NCBI GenBank assembly: GCA_001464055.1
Contig: LNET01000029.1
Coordinates: forward strand, 30,254 to 94,253
DNA length: 64,000 nucleotides
Source: Burkholderiales bacterium Ga0077543
GTDB taxonomy: Bacteria > Pseudomonadota > Gammaproteobacteria > Burkholderiales > Burkholderiaceae_C
Direction of reading: 5' to 3'
A program made the position numbers and the translations under genes. The notes beneath the pieces were generated by a model. The model did no database searches, had not been told where the DNA came from, and saw only the letters and a program-made list of their open reading frames with translations. Positions 1-9,083 of this stretch are shown here, piece by piece. Every line of letters starts with the position of its first letter. Position 1 is the stretch's first letter.

Positions 1-248
1 TGGACTACATGATGGCGCGCGTGCCGGTGCTGCACGCCGTGGAAGCCGGCAACGACCCGGTGGCCGAAAGCGGCTGCGGCCTGTCGGTGGCGCCCGAGGA
101 CGCCGCCGCCAGCGCCGATGGGCTGCGCCGTCTGGCGGCCTTGCCGGCCGGGGAACGCCGCGCGATGGGTGAACGCGGCCGCGCCTTCGTGCTCGCCCGG
201 CACACCTACCCGGTGCTGGCGCAGCGCTTCATCCAGGCGGTGCAATGA
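1..248 (+). CDS. glycosyltransferase (GT1/GT4-type), 3' end only; the 5' end lies outside the window
   Basis: Frame is open from the window edge to TGA 246-248. The tail ...PVLHAVEAGNDPVAESGCGL...ERGRAFVLARHTYPVLAQRF resembles C-termini of GT4 enzymes. Confidence 0.65.
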   Translation, partial: DYMMARVPVLHAVEAGNDPVAESGCGLSVAPEDAAASADGLRRLAALPAGERRAMGERGRAFVLARHTYPVLAQRFIQAVQ

Positions 249-306
249 CTGCCATCGGCCGCCACGGGGCAGTCATCGCGCGCCATGCGGTACGCGGGGA
301 GCTCCA

Positions 307-1023
307 TTGACCCCGGGCGACGAAACCTCTGCCCTGGCCGCGCGTTATGCACGCCGGCAGGCCGCTGGCCTGTCCGACCGCTACAGCCCGCTGCGGCCCG
401 ACGTCTGGCAGACGCTGCAGGAACGCCAGCGCGGGCTGATCGCCCTGCTTTTGCAGGCGGGCTGGTCCGACCCGGCCCCGTTGCGCCTGACCGAGGTGGG
501 CTGCGGTGGCGGCGGCAACCTGCTCGAACTGCTGCGCTTGGGCTTTCGGCCGGAACATCTGCAGGGCATCGAACTGCTGCCCGAACGCCATGCCCAGGCC
601 CGCGCCGTGCTGCCCGCCACAACGCAGTTGTGGCTGGGCGATGCGGCCGACCCGGTCCAGGCCCCGGTGGCCGCCAACAGCCAGGACCTGGTGCTGCAGT
701 CCACCGTCTTCTCATCGCTGCTCGACGACGCCTTCCAGCAGCGGCTGGCGCAGACGATGTGGCATTGGCTGCGGCCGGGTGGGGCCGTGGTCTGGTACGA
801 CTTCGCGGTGGACAATCCGCGCAACCCCGACGTGCGCGGCGTGCCCCTGTCCCGCGTGCGGCAACTGTTCCCGCAGGCCCGCCGCTTCATGGCCCGGCGC
901 GTGACGCTGGCGCCGCCGCTGGCCCGCAGGGTGTGCCGGCTGCACCCGGCGCTGTACGGCCTGTGCAACGCGCTGCCGCTGCTGCGCACGCACCGGCTGG
1001 CCTGGATCGAGAAGCCCGAATGA
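307..1023 (+). CDS. class I SAM-dependent methyltransferase
   Basis: Motif [14 protein letters not shown] and a later [12 protein letters not shown]. The ORF is open from 118 but overlaps the upstream gene, so TTG 307 is my guess for the start (uncertain). Stop overlaps the next start (ATGA at 1020-1023). Confidence 0.7.
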   Translation: MTPGDETSALAARYARRQAAGLSDRYSPLRPDVWQTLQERQRGLIALLLQAGWSDPAPLRLTEVGCGGGGNLLELLRLGFRPEHLQGIELLPERHAQARAVLPATTQLWLGDAADPVQAPVAANSQDLVLQSTVFSSLLDDAFQQRLAQTMWHWLRPGGAVVWYDFAVDNPRNPDVRGVPLSRVRQLFPQARRFMARRVTLAPPLARRVCRLHPALYGLCNALPLLRTHRLAWIEKPE

Positions 1024-2216
1024 ATGCACCCTTGAGCAAGCCCGAATCGCCGTTCCTGCCGTCCCTGCCGTTCCTCCCCTTCGCCCTGCCCGAGATCGGC
1101 GAAGAAGAGATCGCCGAGGTCGTCGATGCGTTGCGTTCCGGTTGGGTCACCACCGGCCCGAAGACGCGCCGCTTCGAGGACGACTTCAGAGCCTTCCTGG
1201 GCGACCCCGGCCTGCACGCGATTGCCGTGAACTCGGCCACCGCCGGGCTGCACCTGGCGCTGGAAGCACTCGGCATCGGCGCGGGCGACGAAGTCATCAC
1301 CACCACCCACACCTTCACCGCCACCGCCGAAGTCGTGCGCTATCTGGGCGCCGACGTGAAGCTGGTCGACATCGACCCGGCCACGCTGAACATCGATGTG
1401 GCCGCGGTCGAAGCCGCGATCACGCCGCGCACCAAGGCCATCATGCCGGTGCACTACGCCGGCCTGGCCGCCGACATGCCGGCATTGCTGGCCTTGGCGC
1501 AGCGCCATGGCCTGAAGGTGGTGGAAGACGCCGCGCATGCGCTGCCCACCACGGTGGCCGGGCGGCTGGTGGGTACGCTGGCCAGCGACGCCACGGTGTT
1601 CAGTTTCTACGCCAACAAGACCATCACGACGGGCGAAGGCGGCATGCTCGTCACGCGCGACGCGGCGCTGGCGCAGCGCGCCCGCACCATGCGCCTGCAC
1701 GGCATGAACCGCGACGCCTTCGACCGCTTCACCGCCAAGGTGCCCAGCTGGTACTACGAAGTGGTGGCCCCGGGCTTCAAGTACAACCTGACCGACATTG
1801 CCGCCGCGCTGGGCATTCACCAGCTGCGCCGGGCGCACGACTTCCAGAAGAAGCGCGTGGCCCTGGCTGCGGCCTACGACGAAGCCCTGGCCGGGCTGCC
1901 GCTGGTGCTGCCGCCGCGCGCGCCGGCGGGCGAGTTGCACGCCTGGCACCTGTACGTGGTGCGCCTGGCCGAAGGCGCTGCCATCCACCGCGACCGCTTC
2001 ATCGAACGGCTGTTCGACGCCGGCATCGGCTGCAGCGTGCACTACATCCCGCTGCACCTGCACCCCTACTGGCGCGAGCGTTATGCCCTGAAGCCCGAGG
2101 CCTTCCCGCACAGCCAGCACGCCTACGAGCGCATGGTAAGCCTGCCGCTGTACACCCGCATGGACCTGCCCGACGTGCGGCGCGTGGCCGCCGCGGTGCG
2201 CGCCGCGCTGGCCTGA
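1020..2216 (+). CDS. DegT/DnrJ/EryC1/StrS-family sugar aminotransferase (PglE/WbpE-like)
   Basis: Starts MNAPLSK at ATG 1020. Motifs [21 protein letters not shown] and [16 protein letters not shown] (PLP-lysine context). The 643-aa ORF from 285 is an upstream extension. Confidence 0.9.
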   Translation: MNAPLSKPESPFLPSLPFLPFALPEIGEEEIAEVVDALRSGWVTTGPKTRRFEDDFRAFLGDPGLHAIAVNSATAGLHLALEALGIGAGDEVITTTHTFTATAEVVRYLGADVKLVDIDPATLNIDVAAVEAAITPRTKAIMPVHYAGLAADMPALLALAQRHGLKVVEDAAHALPTTVAGRLVGTLASDATVFSFYANKTITTGEGGMLVTRDAALAQRARTMRLHGMNRDAFDRFTAKVPSWYYEVVAPGFKYNLTDIAAALGIHQLRRAHDFQKKRVALAAAYDEALAGLPLVLPPRAPAGELHAWHLYVVRLAEGAAIHRDRFIERLFDAGIGCSVHYIPLHLHPYWRERYALKPEAFPHSQHAYERMVSLPLYTRMDLPDVRRVAAAVRAALA

Positions 2217-2869
2217 TGCCGGCGATGGCCAAGCGGCTGTTCGATCTGATCGTGTCCGGCCTGGCCTTGCTGCTGCTGTCGCCCCTGCTGCTGGCGGTGG
2301 CGCTGTGGATCAAGCTCGACTCCCCCGGGCCGGTGTTCTTCCGCCAGCAGCGGGTGGGCCGGCACGGCGTGCCTTTTGCCATCCACAAGTTCCGCAGCAT
2401 GCGCGTGGACGCGCCACTGCAGGGCCCGCTGCTGACGGTGGGCGCCGACCCGCGCATCACCCGCGCGGGCGGCTTCCTTCGCCGCACGCGCATCGACGAA
2501 TTGCCGCAGCTCATCGACGTGTTGCGCGGCTGCATGAGTCTGGTCGGCCCGCGGCCCGAGGTGCCGCGCTACGTTGCCCACTACCCGGGTAGCTTGCGCG
2601 ACCGGGTGCTGGCGGTGCGCCCGGGCATCACCGACCCGGCCTCGCTGGACTTCATCGACGAAGCCACGCTGCTGGCTGCGGCCGTGGACGCCGAGCGTGA
2701 ATACATCGACCACATCCTGCCGCGCAAGCTGCAGAGCGCCGCAGCCTATGCCGAACGCGCGACGCTGGCCACCGACCTGGCTGTGCTGGGCCGCACCGTC
2801 GTGGCCCTGTTGCGGCAGGCTTTCGCCAGGCCTTCCGCCGCGAGACGCCCCGAAGAACCCAGGCGATGA
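2216..2869 (+). CDS. small monotopic phosphoglycosyl (sugar) transferase, PglC/WbaP-C-terminal type
   Basis: [26 protein letters not shown] membrane hairpin, RVGRHGVPFAIHKFRSM, DELPQLIDVLRGCMSLVGPRP. ATG 2216 overlaps the upstream TGA by 1 nt. Confidence 0.9.
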   Translation: MPAMAKRLFDLIVSGLALLLLSPLLLAVALWIKLDSPGPVFFRQQRVGRHGVPFAIHKFRSMRVDAPLQGPLLTVGADPRITRAGGFLRRTRIDELPQLIDVLRGCMSLVGPRPEVPRYVAHYPGSLRDRVLAVRPGITDPASLDFIDEATLLAAAVDAEREYIDHILPRKLQSAAAYAERATLATDLAVLGRTVVALLRQAFARPSAARRPEEPRR

Positions 2870-4818
2870 ACACGCCCGACGACTCCAGCGCTGACGCCGC
2901 CGCCGAAGGCTTCTGGCAGCGGCTGGACCTGCTGCTGGCGCGGCTGCGCGTCCATCGGCAGCCCCTGTCGCTGCTGGTCGACGCCAGCGTGATCGCGCTG
3001 TGCTGGAACATCACCTACCTGTTCCGGCTGGGCTTCGAGCGCTGGGTTTCGGCGCGGCCGGCCTATGACGGCTGGGTGCTCGCCGGTGTGGTGCTGGCCT
3101 ACCTGATGGCGCTGCTGCTGCTGCGCGTGCCGCAGAGCCTGTGGCGCTTCTCGGGTTTCGGTGAAGTGAAGCGGCTGACCCTGGCCTGCGCGCTGGCGGG
3201 CACGCTGGCCGCACTGGTGGTGGTTTCGCTGGGCCTGAGCAAGGTGCCGCGGGCGGTGCTGGCGCTGCACCCGGTGGTCAGCCTGATGGGGCTGTGCATC
3301 GTGCGCATCGTCTACCGCATGCTGTACGAACACATGCGTGGCCAGGTCGCTGGCGGCGCCGGTGAAGTGCGGCGGGCCCTGGTGATGGGTGCCGGTGCCG
3401 CGGCCCGGCTGCTGCTGGCCAGCATCCGCGCCCAGGGCTGGGTGGTGCTGGGCTTGCTGGACGACGACCCGGCCAAGCAGGGCGCGCGCATCGGCGGGGT
3501 GCCGGTGCTGGGGGCGCTGGACGCCGTCACCGAACAGGCCCAGCGCGGTCTGGCCACGCATGTCGTCGTCGCCTTGCCGGGGGCCACGGCGGCGCAGCGC
3601 CGGCGCGCCCTGGAACTGGCCAGCGGCACCGGGCTGCCGGTGCTGACGGTGCCGTCGGTAGACGAACTGCGCACCGGCCGCAGCCGGGTGGAGCGATTGC
3701 GCGACATCGAACCCGAAGACCTGCTCGGCCGCGAACCAGTGCAGCTGGACGAGACCTGCCTGCGCGAGACCCTGGCCGGCCGCACCGTGCTCATCACCGG
3801 CGCCGGCGGCAGCATCGGCAGCGAACTGAGCCGCCAACTCGCGCAGCAAGGGCCGTCGCGGCTGGTGTTGCTGGAGCAGTCGGAATTCAACCTGTACAGC
3901 ATCGAACAGGAACTCGGTCACGACTTCCCGGCGTTGCCGCTGGTGCGCTTGCTGGGCGACGTGAAAGACCTGGCGCAGATGCGCCAGGTGTTCGCGCAGT
4001 GGCGCCCGCAGGTCGTGTTCCACGCCGCGGCCTACAAGCACGTGCCCTTGATGGAAGACCACAACGCCGCGGCCGCGCTGCGCAACAACACCCTGGGCAC
4101 CTACCACGCCGCCCTGGCCGCGGCCGAGTCCGGCGCCGAGCGTTTCGTGCTCATCAGCACCGACAAGGCCGTCAACCCGACCAACGTGATGGGTGCCAGC
4201 AAGCGCGCCGCCGAGCGTGTGCTGTCGGCGATGGCCGTCACCCATCCCGGAACGCGCTTCATGGCCGTGCGCTTCGGCAACGTGCTGGGCAGCAGTGGCA
4301 GCGTCATCCCGAAGTTCAAGGACCAGATCGCCCGCGGCGGCCCGGTCACGGTCACGCATCCGGACATCATCCGCTACTTCATGACCATCCCCGAGGCAGC
4401 GCGCCTGGTGCTGCAGGCCGCTGCGGTGGGTGAAAGCGGCCAGGTGCTGGTGCTGGACATGGGTGAGCCGGTGCGCATCGTCGACCTGGCGCGTTCGCTG
4501 ATCCGGCTGGCCGGGCACACGCCCGACGAGATCGAGATCCGCTTCGTCGGACTGCGTCCGGGCGAGAAGCTCTACGAGGAATTGCTGGCCCACGACGACA
4601 ACACCCAGCCCACCAGCACGCCGCGCCTGCACGTGGCTCTGTTGGGCGAAGAGGCCGAGCCGCTGGCGCCGCTGCTGGCCCTGGCCGCCAGCGCCCAGGC
4701 GCTGGACGATGCGCGGGTGCGTGCCGAACTGATGAAGGTGGTGCCGGAGTACCGGCCTGCGCCTGCGTTGCACGAGCCCCAGGCGTCGCAGGCCGGCCTG
4801 CGGAGTGGCCGCTCTTGA
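2866..4818 (+). CDS. membrane-bound nucleotide-sugar 4,6-dehydratase/epimerase (CapD/PglF/WbpM family)
   Basis: N-terminal TM segments, Rossmann motif VLITGAGGSIGSEL, FHAAAYKHVPLME, LISTDKAVNPTNVMGASKR. ATGA overlap with the upstream gene. Confidence 0.9.
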   Translation: MNTPDDSSADAAAEGFWQRLDLLLARLRVHRQPLSLLVDASVIALCWNITYLFRLGFERWVSARPAYDGWVLAGVVLAYLMALLLLRVPQSLWRFSGFGEVKRLTLACALAGTLAALVVVSLGLSKVPRAVLALHPVVSLMGLCIVRIVYRMLYEHMRGQVAGGAGEVRRALVMGAGAAARLLLASIRAQGWVVLGLLDDDPAKQGARIGGVPVLGALDAVTEQAQRGLATHVVVALPGATAAQRRRALELASGTGLPVLTVPSVDELRTGRSRVERLRDIEPEDLLGREPVQLDETCLRETLAGRTVLITGAGGSIGSELSRQLAQQGPSRLVLLEQSEFNLYSIEQELGHDFPALPLVRLLGDVKDLAQMRQVFAQWRPQVVFHAAAYKHVPLMEDHNAAAALRNNTLGTYHAALAAAESGAERFVLISTDKAVNPTNVMGASKRAAERVLSAMAVTHPGTRFMAVRFGNVLGSSGSVIPKFKDQIARGGPVTVTHPDIIRYFMTIPEAARLVLQAAAVGESGQVLVLDMGEPVRIVDLARSLIRLAGHTPDEIEIRFVGLRPGEKLYEELLAHDDNTQPTSTPRLHVALLGEEAEPLAPLLALAASAQALDDARVRAELMKVVPEYRPAPALHEPQASQAGLRSGRS

Positions 4819-5675
4819 CCCAGCCGCTGCTCAGCGTGCTGATCCCGGCCTACAACCAGCCGGCTGGCGTCGAACGCATCCTGGCGCGCCTGCACGCCCT
4901 GGGGCTGCCCGGCGAGATCGAGTTGCTGGTCTCGGACGACTCCACCGAAGACACCGCCGCTGCGCGTATCGCCGCGGCGGTGCAGGCCCTGCCGGCGGCA
5001 CACTTCGCGGCCCGTCAATACCAGCGCAACCGGCCGTCGCTGGGCGCGGTGCCGAACTGGAACGCGCTGCTGGCCCAGGCCCGCGGGCGCTATGTCTGGC
5101 TGCTGCACCACGACGAGGAGCCCGACGAAGCCCGGCTGCTGGCCCCCTTGCTGGCCGAGTTGCGACGCGACACGGCCGAGGTCTGGATCCTGCGATGCCG
5201 CGTCCAGCACCGCGTGGGCGAGGCGCCCCGCCTGCACTTCCCGCCGCGTTGGGCGGCGGCGGTGCTGCGCCGCTGGCCGGGTGTGCTGCTGCACCGCAAT
5301 CTGATCGGGCCGCCGTCGGCGTTGATCGTCCGCGACCATGCCGTCGTGCGCTTCGACGAGAGCCTGGTCTGGCTGGTGGACGTGGAGGCGTTTGTTCGCC
5401 TGCTGGTCGGCGGTGTCCGGGTGGCGGCCTGGTCGCAGGGCGGCGTGATGTCCCGTGTCGATGCGGCGAACTCGATCACCGCGACGCTGCGGCCCGGCCT
5501 TCGGGCCACGGCGGAACGCGAACTGGCGCAGGTGGTCACAGGCGCGCAGGCTCTGCGCGTGCGGCCCTGGGCTGGCCTGACGCTGCGATCGCGTCTGTTG
5601 CGCATGGCGGAAACCATGCTGTGGGCGGGCTGGCGCATCGGCCAGCGGCTGTTTCTTCGAGCCGACAGGTCCTGA
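4815..5675 (+). CDS. family 2 glycosyltransferase
   Basis: LLSVLIPAYNQPAGVERIL and LLVSDDSTED (DxD region). TTG start overlaps the upstream stop (TTGA). Confidence 0.8.
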   Translation: MTQPLLSVLIPAYNQPAGVERILARLHALGLPGEIELLVSDDSTEDTAAARIAAAVQALPAAHFAARQYQRNRPSLGAVPNWNALLAQARGRYVWLLHHDEEPDEARLLAPLLAELRRDTAEVWILRCRVQHRVGEAPRLHFPPRWAAAVLRRWPGVLLHRNLIGPPSALIVRDHAVVRFDESLVWLVDVEAFVRLLVGGVRVAAWSQGGVMSRVDAANSITATLRPGLRATAERELAQVVTGAQALRVRPWAGLTLRSRLLRMAETMLWAGWRIGQRLFLRADRS

Positions 5676-5711
5676 TTTGGGTCAGCCCGCTTCACCGCCC
5701 TGCGTGACCCG

Positions 5712-6914
5712 ATGAGCCGGCTCATGCGCGCCACGGTGCTGGAAACGGCCGTGTTCATCGGTCTGCGGCTGTTCACCGGCCTGGTGTCGTTTGCGCTGTT
5801 CGCGCTGATCGCGCGCTGGCTGCTGCCTGCCGACGCCAAGGGCCTGTACTACTTCCTCTTTGTCGCCGGGTTCTTGATGTCGGCCTGGCGCCTGCTGTGT
5901 TCGCAGGCGGCGGCGCTGCACGGACCGGAGCGCCGCGCCGACAAACTGCGCAGGGCGCTGCGCGCCTATGCGCTGGTGCTGTGTTCGGCCATGCTCGGGC
6001 TGCCGGTGGCTGTCGCGCTGCTGGCCGGACCGTCGCCAGCGCTGTGGGGGCTGCCGCTGGTGGCGCTGGTGATCGTTCTCTGGGGCCTGGACCTGGACCT
6101 GCTGCGTGCGGCGGTCGGTCGGCGCAGCCTGGTCGCGCCAGCGGCGGCCGTGGGGGCTGTCTGCGCCATCGCCTGCCTCGCAGCGTTCCGCACGCCGGAA
6201 GGTGCCCTGGTCGCCCTGCTGCTGCAGTGGCTGCCCCTGGCCTTGATGCAGGCCAGGCTGGCGTGGCGACTGCGGCGGCGCCTGTGGCCGGCCTTGGGGT
6301 CGGTGTGGCGCAGCCGGGGCCAGGGGCTGCCCAGCCTGATGGCGATGGCGCTGTTCGACGGGCTGGTGATCAACGCCCCTTTCTTCCTCGACGCGCGGAC
6401 TCCGGCCGACGTCGGCATCAGCATCGGCGTCGTCACGCGCATCTTTGTCTCTTCGTTGATGCTCATGCCGCTGGTGATGTTCTGGTCGAACGGTCGGGTG
6501 CTCAGCGCGGCCGGGCGGCGGCTGGGCCTGTCGCCGGCCTGGGTGTTCTGGGGGCTGGCACTGGCTTCGGGCATCGTGGCCGGACTGGGGCTGGCGGCCT
6601 GCTTCACCTGGCTGGCTGGCCAGCCGCCGCAGAGGGTGGAACTGCTGGCTGCGCTGGCACTGCTGGTGGGTTACTGCAGCTTCGCCACCGTCAGCCGTTA
6701 CCGCGGTGCTGCTGGCGTGGCTGGTGGCGGGCGGCCAGCCTGGCCACTGCTGTTGCTGCTGGCCCTGGGCAACTTGCTGGCCGTGTCCTGGGCGGTGAGC
6801 TTGCCGCAGCCGGCCCTGGCCACGGCCCTGGTGCAGGCCGCAAGCCTGCTGCTGGGCGCGGGGCTGCTCGCTGTCTGGCCCCGACGCCAGGAACTGCCGC
6901 GGGGAGCCTCATGA
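5712..6914 (+). CDS. polytopic inner-membrane protein, candidate Wzx-type flippase
   Basis: 400 aa, hydrophobic throughout (about 10-12 predicted helices by eye). Sits in a glycan cluster and its stop overlaps the next start. Function inferred from context only. Confidence 0.5.
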   Translation: MSRLMRATVLETAVFIGLRLFTGLVSFALFALIARWLLPADAKGLYYFLFVAGFLMSAWRLLCSQAAALHGPERRADKLRRALRAYALVLCSAMLGLPVAVALLAGPSPALWGLPLVALVIVLWGLDLDLLRAAVGRRSLVAPAAAVGAVCAIACLAAFRTPEGALVALLLQWLPLALMQARLAWRLRRRLWPALGSVWRSRGQGLPSLMAMALFDGLVINAPFFLDARTPADVGISIGVVTRIFVSSLMLMPLVMFWSNGRVLSAAGRRLGLSPAWVFWGLALASGIVAGLGLAACFTWLAGQPPQRVELLAALALLVGYCSFATVSRYRGAAGVAGGGRPAWPLLLLLALGNLLAVSWAVSLPQPALATALVQAASLLLGAGLLAVWPRRQELPRGAS

Positions 6915-7801
6915 AAGGCATCGTCAGCAACCTCATTGGCGGGCTGGGCAACCAGCTTTTCCAGTTCGCCTGTGGCCAGGCCCTGGCCTGGCGCAGCGGG
7001 CTGCCGCTGTCGCTGGCGCTGGACCAGTTCGAGGCTTACCGCCTGCACCAGGGTTACGAACTGGCGCGGGTGTTCACGGTCCAGGTGCCGACGGCGCCGC
7101 CCGAGCAGCTCCAGGCCTTGCTCGGCTTCGCCCGTCACCCGCTTGCGCGCCGGCTGCTGGCGCGGCTGGCTCCGGGTCGGCGACTGGGCGGCCGTGCCTG
7201 GTTCGAGCCCGCCGACGGCCGCTTCCTGCCGGGTGTGCTGCAGAACCCGGGGCCAGCCTACCTGCACGGCTATTGGCAAAGCGAGCGTTATTTCGCCGAC
7301 GCGCAGGCGCCGCTGCGTGCGCTGCTGCAGTTTCGCCAGGCGCCTTCGCCCTTGAATGCCCAGTGGCTGGCTCGCATTTCGGCGTGCACCGCAGTCAGTC
7401 TGCATCTGCGGCGCGGGGACTATGTGAGCAACCCCAAGAATCAGCGCATCTATGCCGTCTGCACGCCCGAGTACTACCGCGCGGCGATGGACCGGCTGCT
7501 GGGCGCGCACCCGCAGGCGAACTTCTTCGTCTTCTCCGACGAGCCTGCCTGGGCGCGCGAGGTGCTGGCCGGTCGTCGCGAGCCCCTGCACTTCATCGAG
7601 CACAACCGCCATGCAGACAGCTGGAACGACCTGCGGCTGATGAGCCACTGCCAGCACCACGTCATCGCCAACAGCAGCTTCAGCTGGTGGGGCGCATGGC
7701 TGGGGCAGCGGGCAGGGCAGGTGGTGGTGGCGCCGCAGCGCTGGTTCGTCGACCCGGACCGGGGCGCCGACATCGTGCCGGCAAGTTGGGAAAGGCTCTA
7801 G
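6911..7801 (+). CDS. GT11-family alpha-1,2-fucosyltransferase-like glycosyltransferase
   Basis: NLIGGLGNQLFQFACGQALA, VSLHLRRGDYVSNP and VIANSSFSWWGAWLG match the three GT11 signature motifs. Start ATG 6911 (ATGA overlap). Confidence 0.85.
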   Translation: MKGIVSNLIGGLGNQLFQFACGQALAWRSGLPLSLALDQFEAYRLHQGYELARVFTVQVPTAPPEQLQALLGFARHPLARRLLARLAPGRRLGGRAWFEPADGRFLPGVLQNPGPAYLHGYWQSERYFADAQAPLRALLQFRQAPSPLNAQWLARISACTAVSLHLRRGDYVSNPKNQRIYAVCTPEYYRAAMDRLLGAHPQANFFVFSDEPAWAREVLAGRREPLHFIEHNRHADSWNDLRLMSHCQHHVIANSSFSWWGAWLGQRAGQVVVAPQRWFVDPDRGADIVPASWERL

Positions 7802-7845
7802 ACAGGCCGTTGCTTACACTGCGCACCATTGTCCAGGAGCACCCC

Positions 7846-8355
7846 ATGAGCGAAGAAACCCCCATCACGTCGGAATCCGGCGACCTGTTCGGCATCGCCG
7901 AAAACACCAGCAACAATTTCCGCGCCATCGTGCATTTCCTGGCGGAACTGCCGATCTATGCCCATCTGCCCCTGTATCGCGTGTTCGACCTGGACCGCGC
8001 GCTGCAGCAGGGGCGCGTGATGTGCGCCCGCCGCGACGGCAAGCTCGCGGGCGTGGCCGCGTGGACGCATCTTTCCGACGAGATGGCCCTGCGCTGCATC
8101 GCTCAGCGCAGGCTGCCCACCCGTGCCGAGGTCGCCCACATGGGTGATGCCGTGCTGCTGATGGTGCTGGGCACCAACATCGAAGGCCTGGCGGCACCAC
8201 TGTCGCGTGCGGTCTTTGCAGTGCATGCCGGCCGCATCGTCCTTTACGAGAGCATGCAGGACAGTGCGAACCCCGCTGACCGCTTCATCTGGCTCGACCG
8301 TCGTGGCGTGCGCCTGGGTGACGCGCTGGCGCCAGACGCCAGCAAGATGCACTGA
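7846..8355 (+). CDS. 169-aa hypothetical protein, with a weak by-eye resemblance to HlyC/CyaC-type toxin-activating acyltransferases
   Basis: ATG 7846 is preceded by AGGAG (7835-7839). Sequence ...FRAIVHFLAELPIYAHLPLYRV...QQGRVMCARRDGKLAGVAAWTHLSDEMAL... (see findings). The function call is tentative. Confidence 0.55.
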   Translation: MSEETPITSESGDLFGIAENTSNNFRAIVHFLAELPIYAHLPLYRVFDLDRALQQGRVMCARRDGKLAGVAAWTHLSDEMALRCIAQRRLPTRAEVAHMGDAVLLMVLGTNIEGLAAPLSRAVFAVHAGRIVLYESMQDSANPADRFIWLDRRGVRLGDALAPDASKMH

Positions 8356-8370
8356 AGCCCCCGCTGCTGC

Positions 8371-9021
8371 TCAGGCCTGGCCGGGCCGCCGCGCCACCAG
8401 GTAAGTGATGGCGCCGCGGCCGTGTACGAACAGGTGGCCCAGCGGCTGGCCACGCAGCAGCGCCAGCAATGCCCGTGGCAAAGACGCCAGGGTCTTCAGC
8501 GGCGTTCCGGCAGCGCCGCATTCAAGCACCTTGCCGCCAGCGTCGAACACGGCATTGCAAAGTTCTTCGCGTGAGTAAAGGCGCTTGTGCGTCGGGTCGT
8601 CGTGGAAGTGGTAGCTGAAGCGGCTGGATGCACGCGCCAGGCTCAAGGCATTCGGAACTTCCAGATACAGCGTGCCGCCAGGGCGCAGGCAGGCCACCGC
8701 GTGCTGCACCACCTGCAGCCCGTTGTTCACGTGCTCGAGCACGTGGTTGATGACGATCAGGTCGTAGGCCCCGCGCTCGGCCGACGCCAGCGGGTCCTGC
8801 TCCAGGTCCATCAGCGTGAAGCGTTGCATCAGCCCGCGCTCCTGCGCGTCGAAGACTGCTTCGCGGTCCACCCCGTGGTAGCGGCACTGGGGCAGTACCT
8901 GCTTCATCTCGAAGGCGCTGCGGTTGGCCACGCCGACGTCGAGCACATCGACGGCGCCGGGGGCAAAGCGCTGGATGTTGAAGAACTTGCTCTTCAGCTG
9001 AACGAGCATGAATCGATTCAT
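8371..9021 (-). CDS. class I SAM-dependent methyltransferase
   Basis: Starts MNRFMLVQ at 9021. Motifs VDVLDVGVANRS, DLIVINHVLEHVNNG, LRPGGTLYLEVPN. The 531-aa ORF running up to 9966 is an extension over the neighbouring gene. Confidence 0.8.
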   Translation of the reverse strand: MNRFMLVQLKSKFFNIQRFAPGAVDVLDVGVANRSAFEMKQVLPQCRYHGVDREAVFDAQERGLMQRFTLMDLEQDPLASAERGAYDLIVINHVLEHVNNGLQVVQHAVACLRPGGTLYLEVPNALSLARASSRFSYHFHDDPTHKRLYSREELCNAVFDAGGKVLECGAAGTPLKTLASLPRALLALLRGQPLGHLFVHGRGAITYLVARRPGQA

Positions 9022-9083
9022 GGAAACGGCAGCTCGCGCCACGCTGTTCGTGACCGTGTTCGAGGATACAGAACGATACGAGT

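Noticed and set aside
285-1019. N-terminal 245-aa extension of the aminotransferase ORF. Similar upstream extensions occur at 1142-2215, 5897-6910, 7273-7845, 14139-14378, 28479-29102, 34833-35288, 39079-40089 and 56442-56633.
   Set aside because: The extensions are Arg/Pro/Ala-rich out-of-context sequence that overlaps the upstream genes in another frame. The recognisable protein begins at an internal ATG that overlaps or abuts the upstream stop.
2746-4773. Long antisense or alternative-frame ORFs, including 381-2120(-), 2746-4773(-), 17641-19275(-), 19686-21527(-), 36325-38103(-), 43408-45693(+), 46339-48494(+) and 40015-41199(-)
   Set aside because: All give Arg/Gly/Pro/His-rich translations without motifs, and all lie opposite or out of frame to ORFs with clear family signatures. 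They are the expected artefact of GC-rich sequence.
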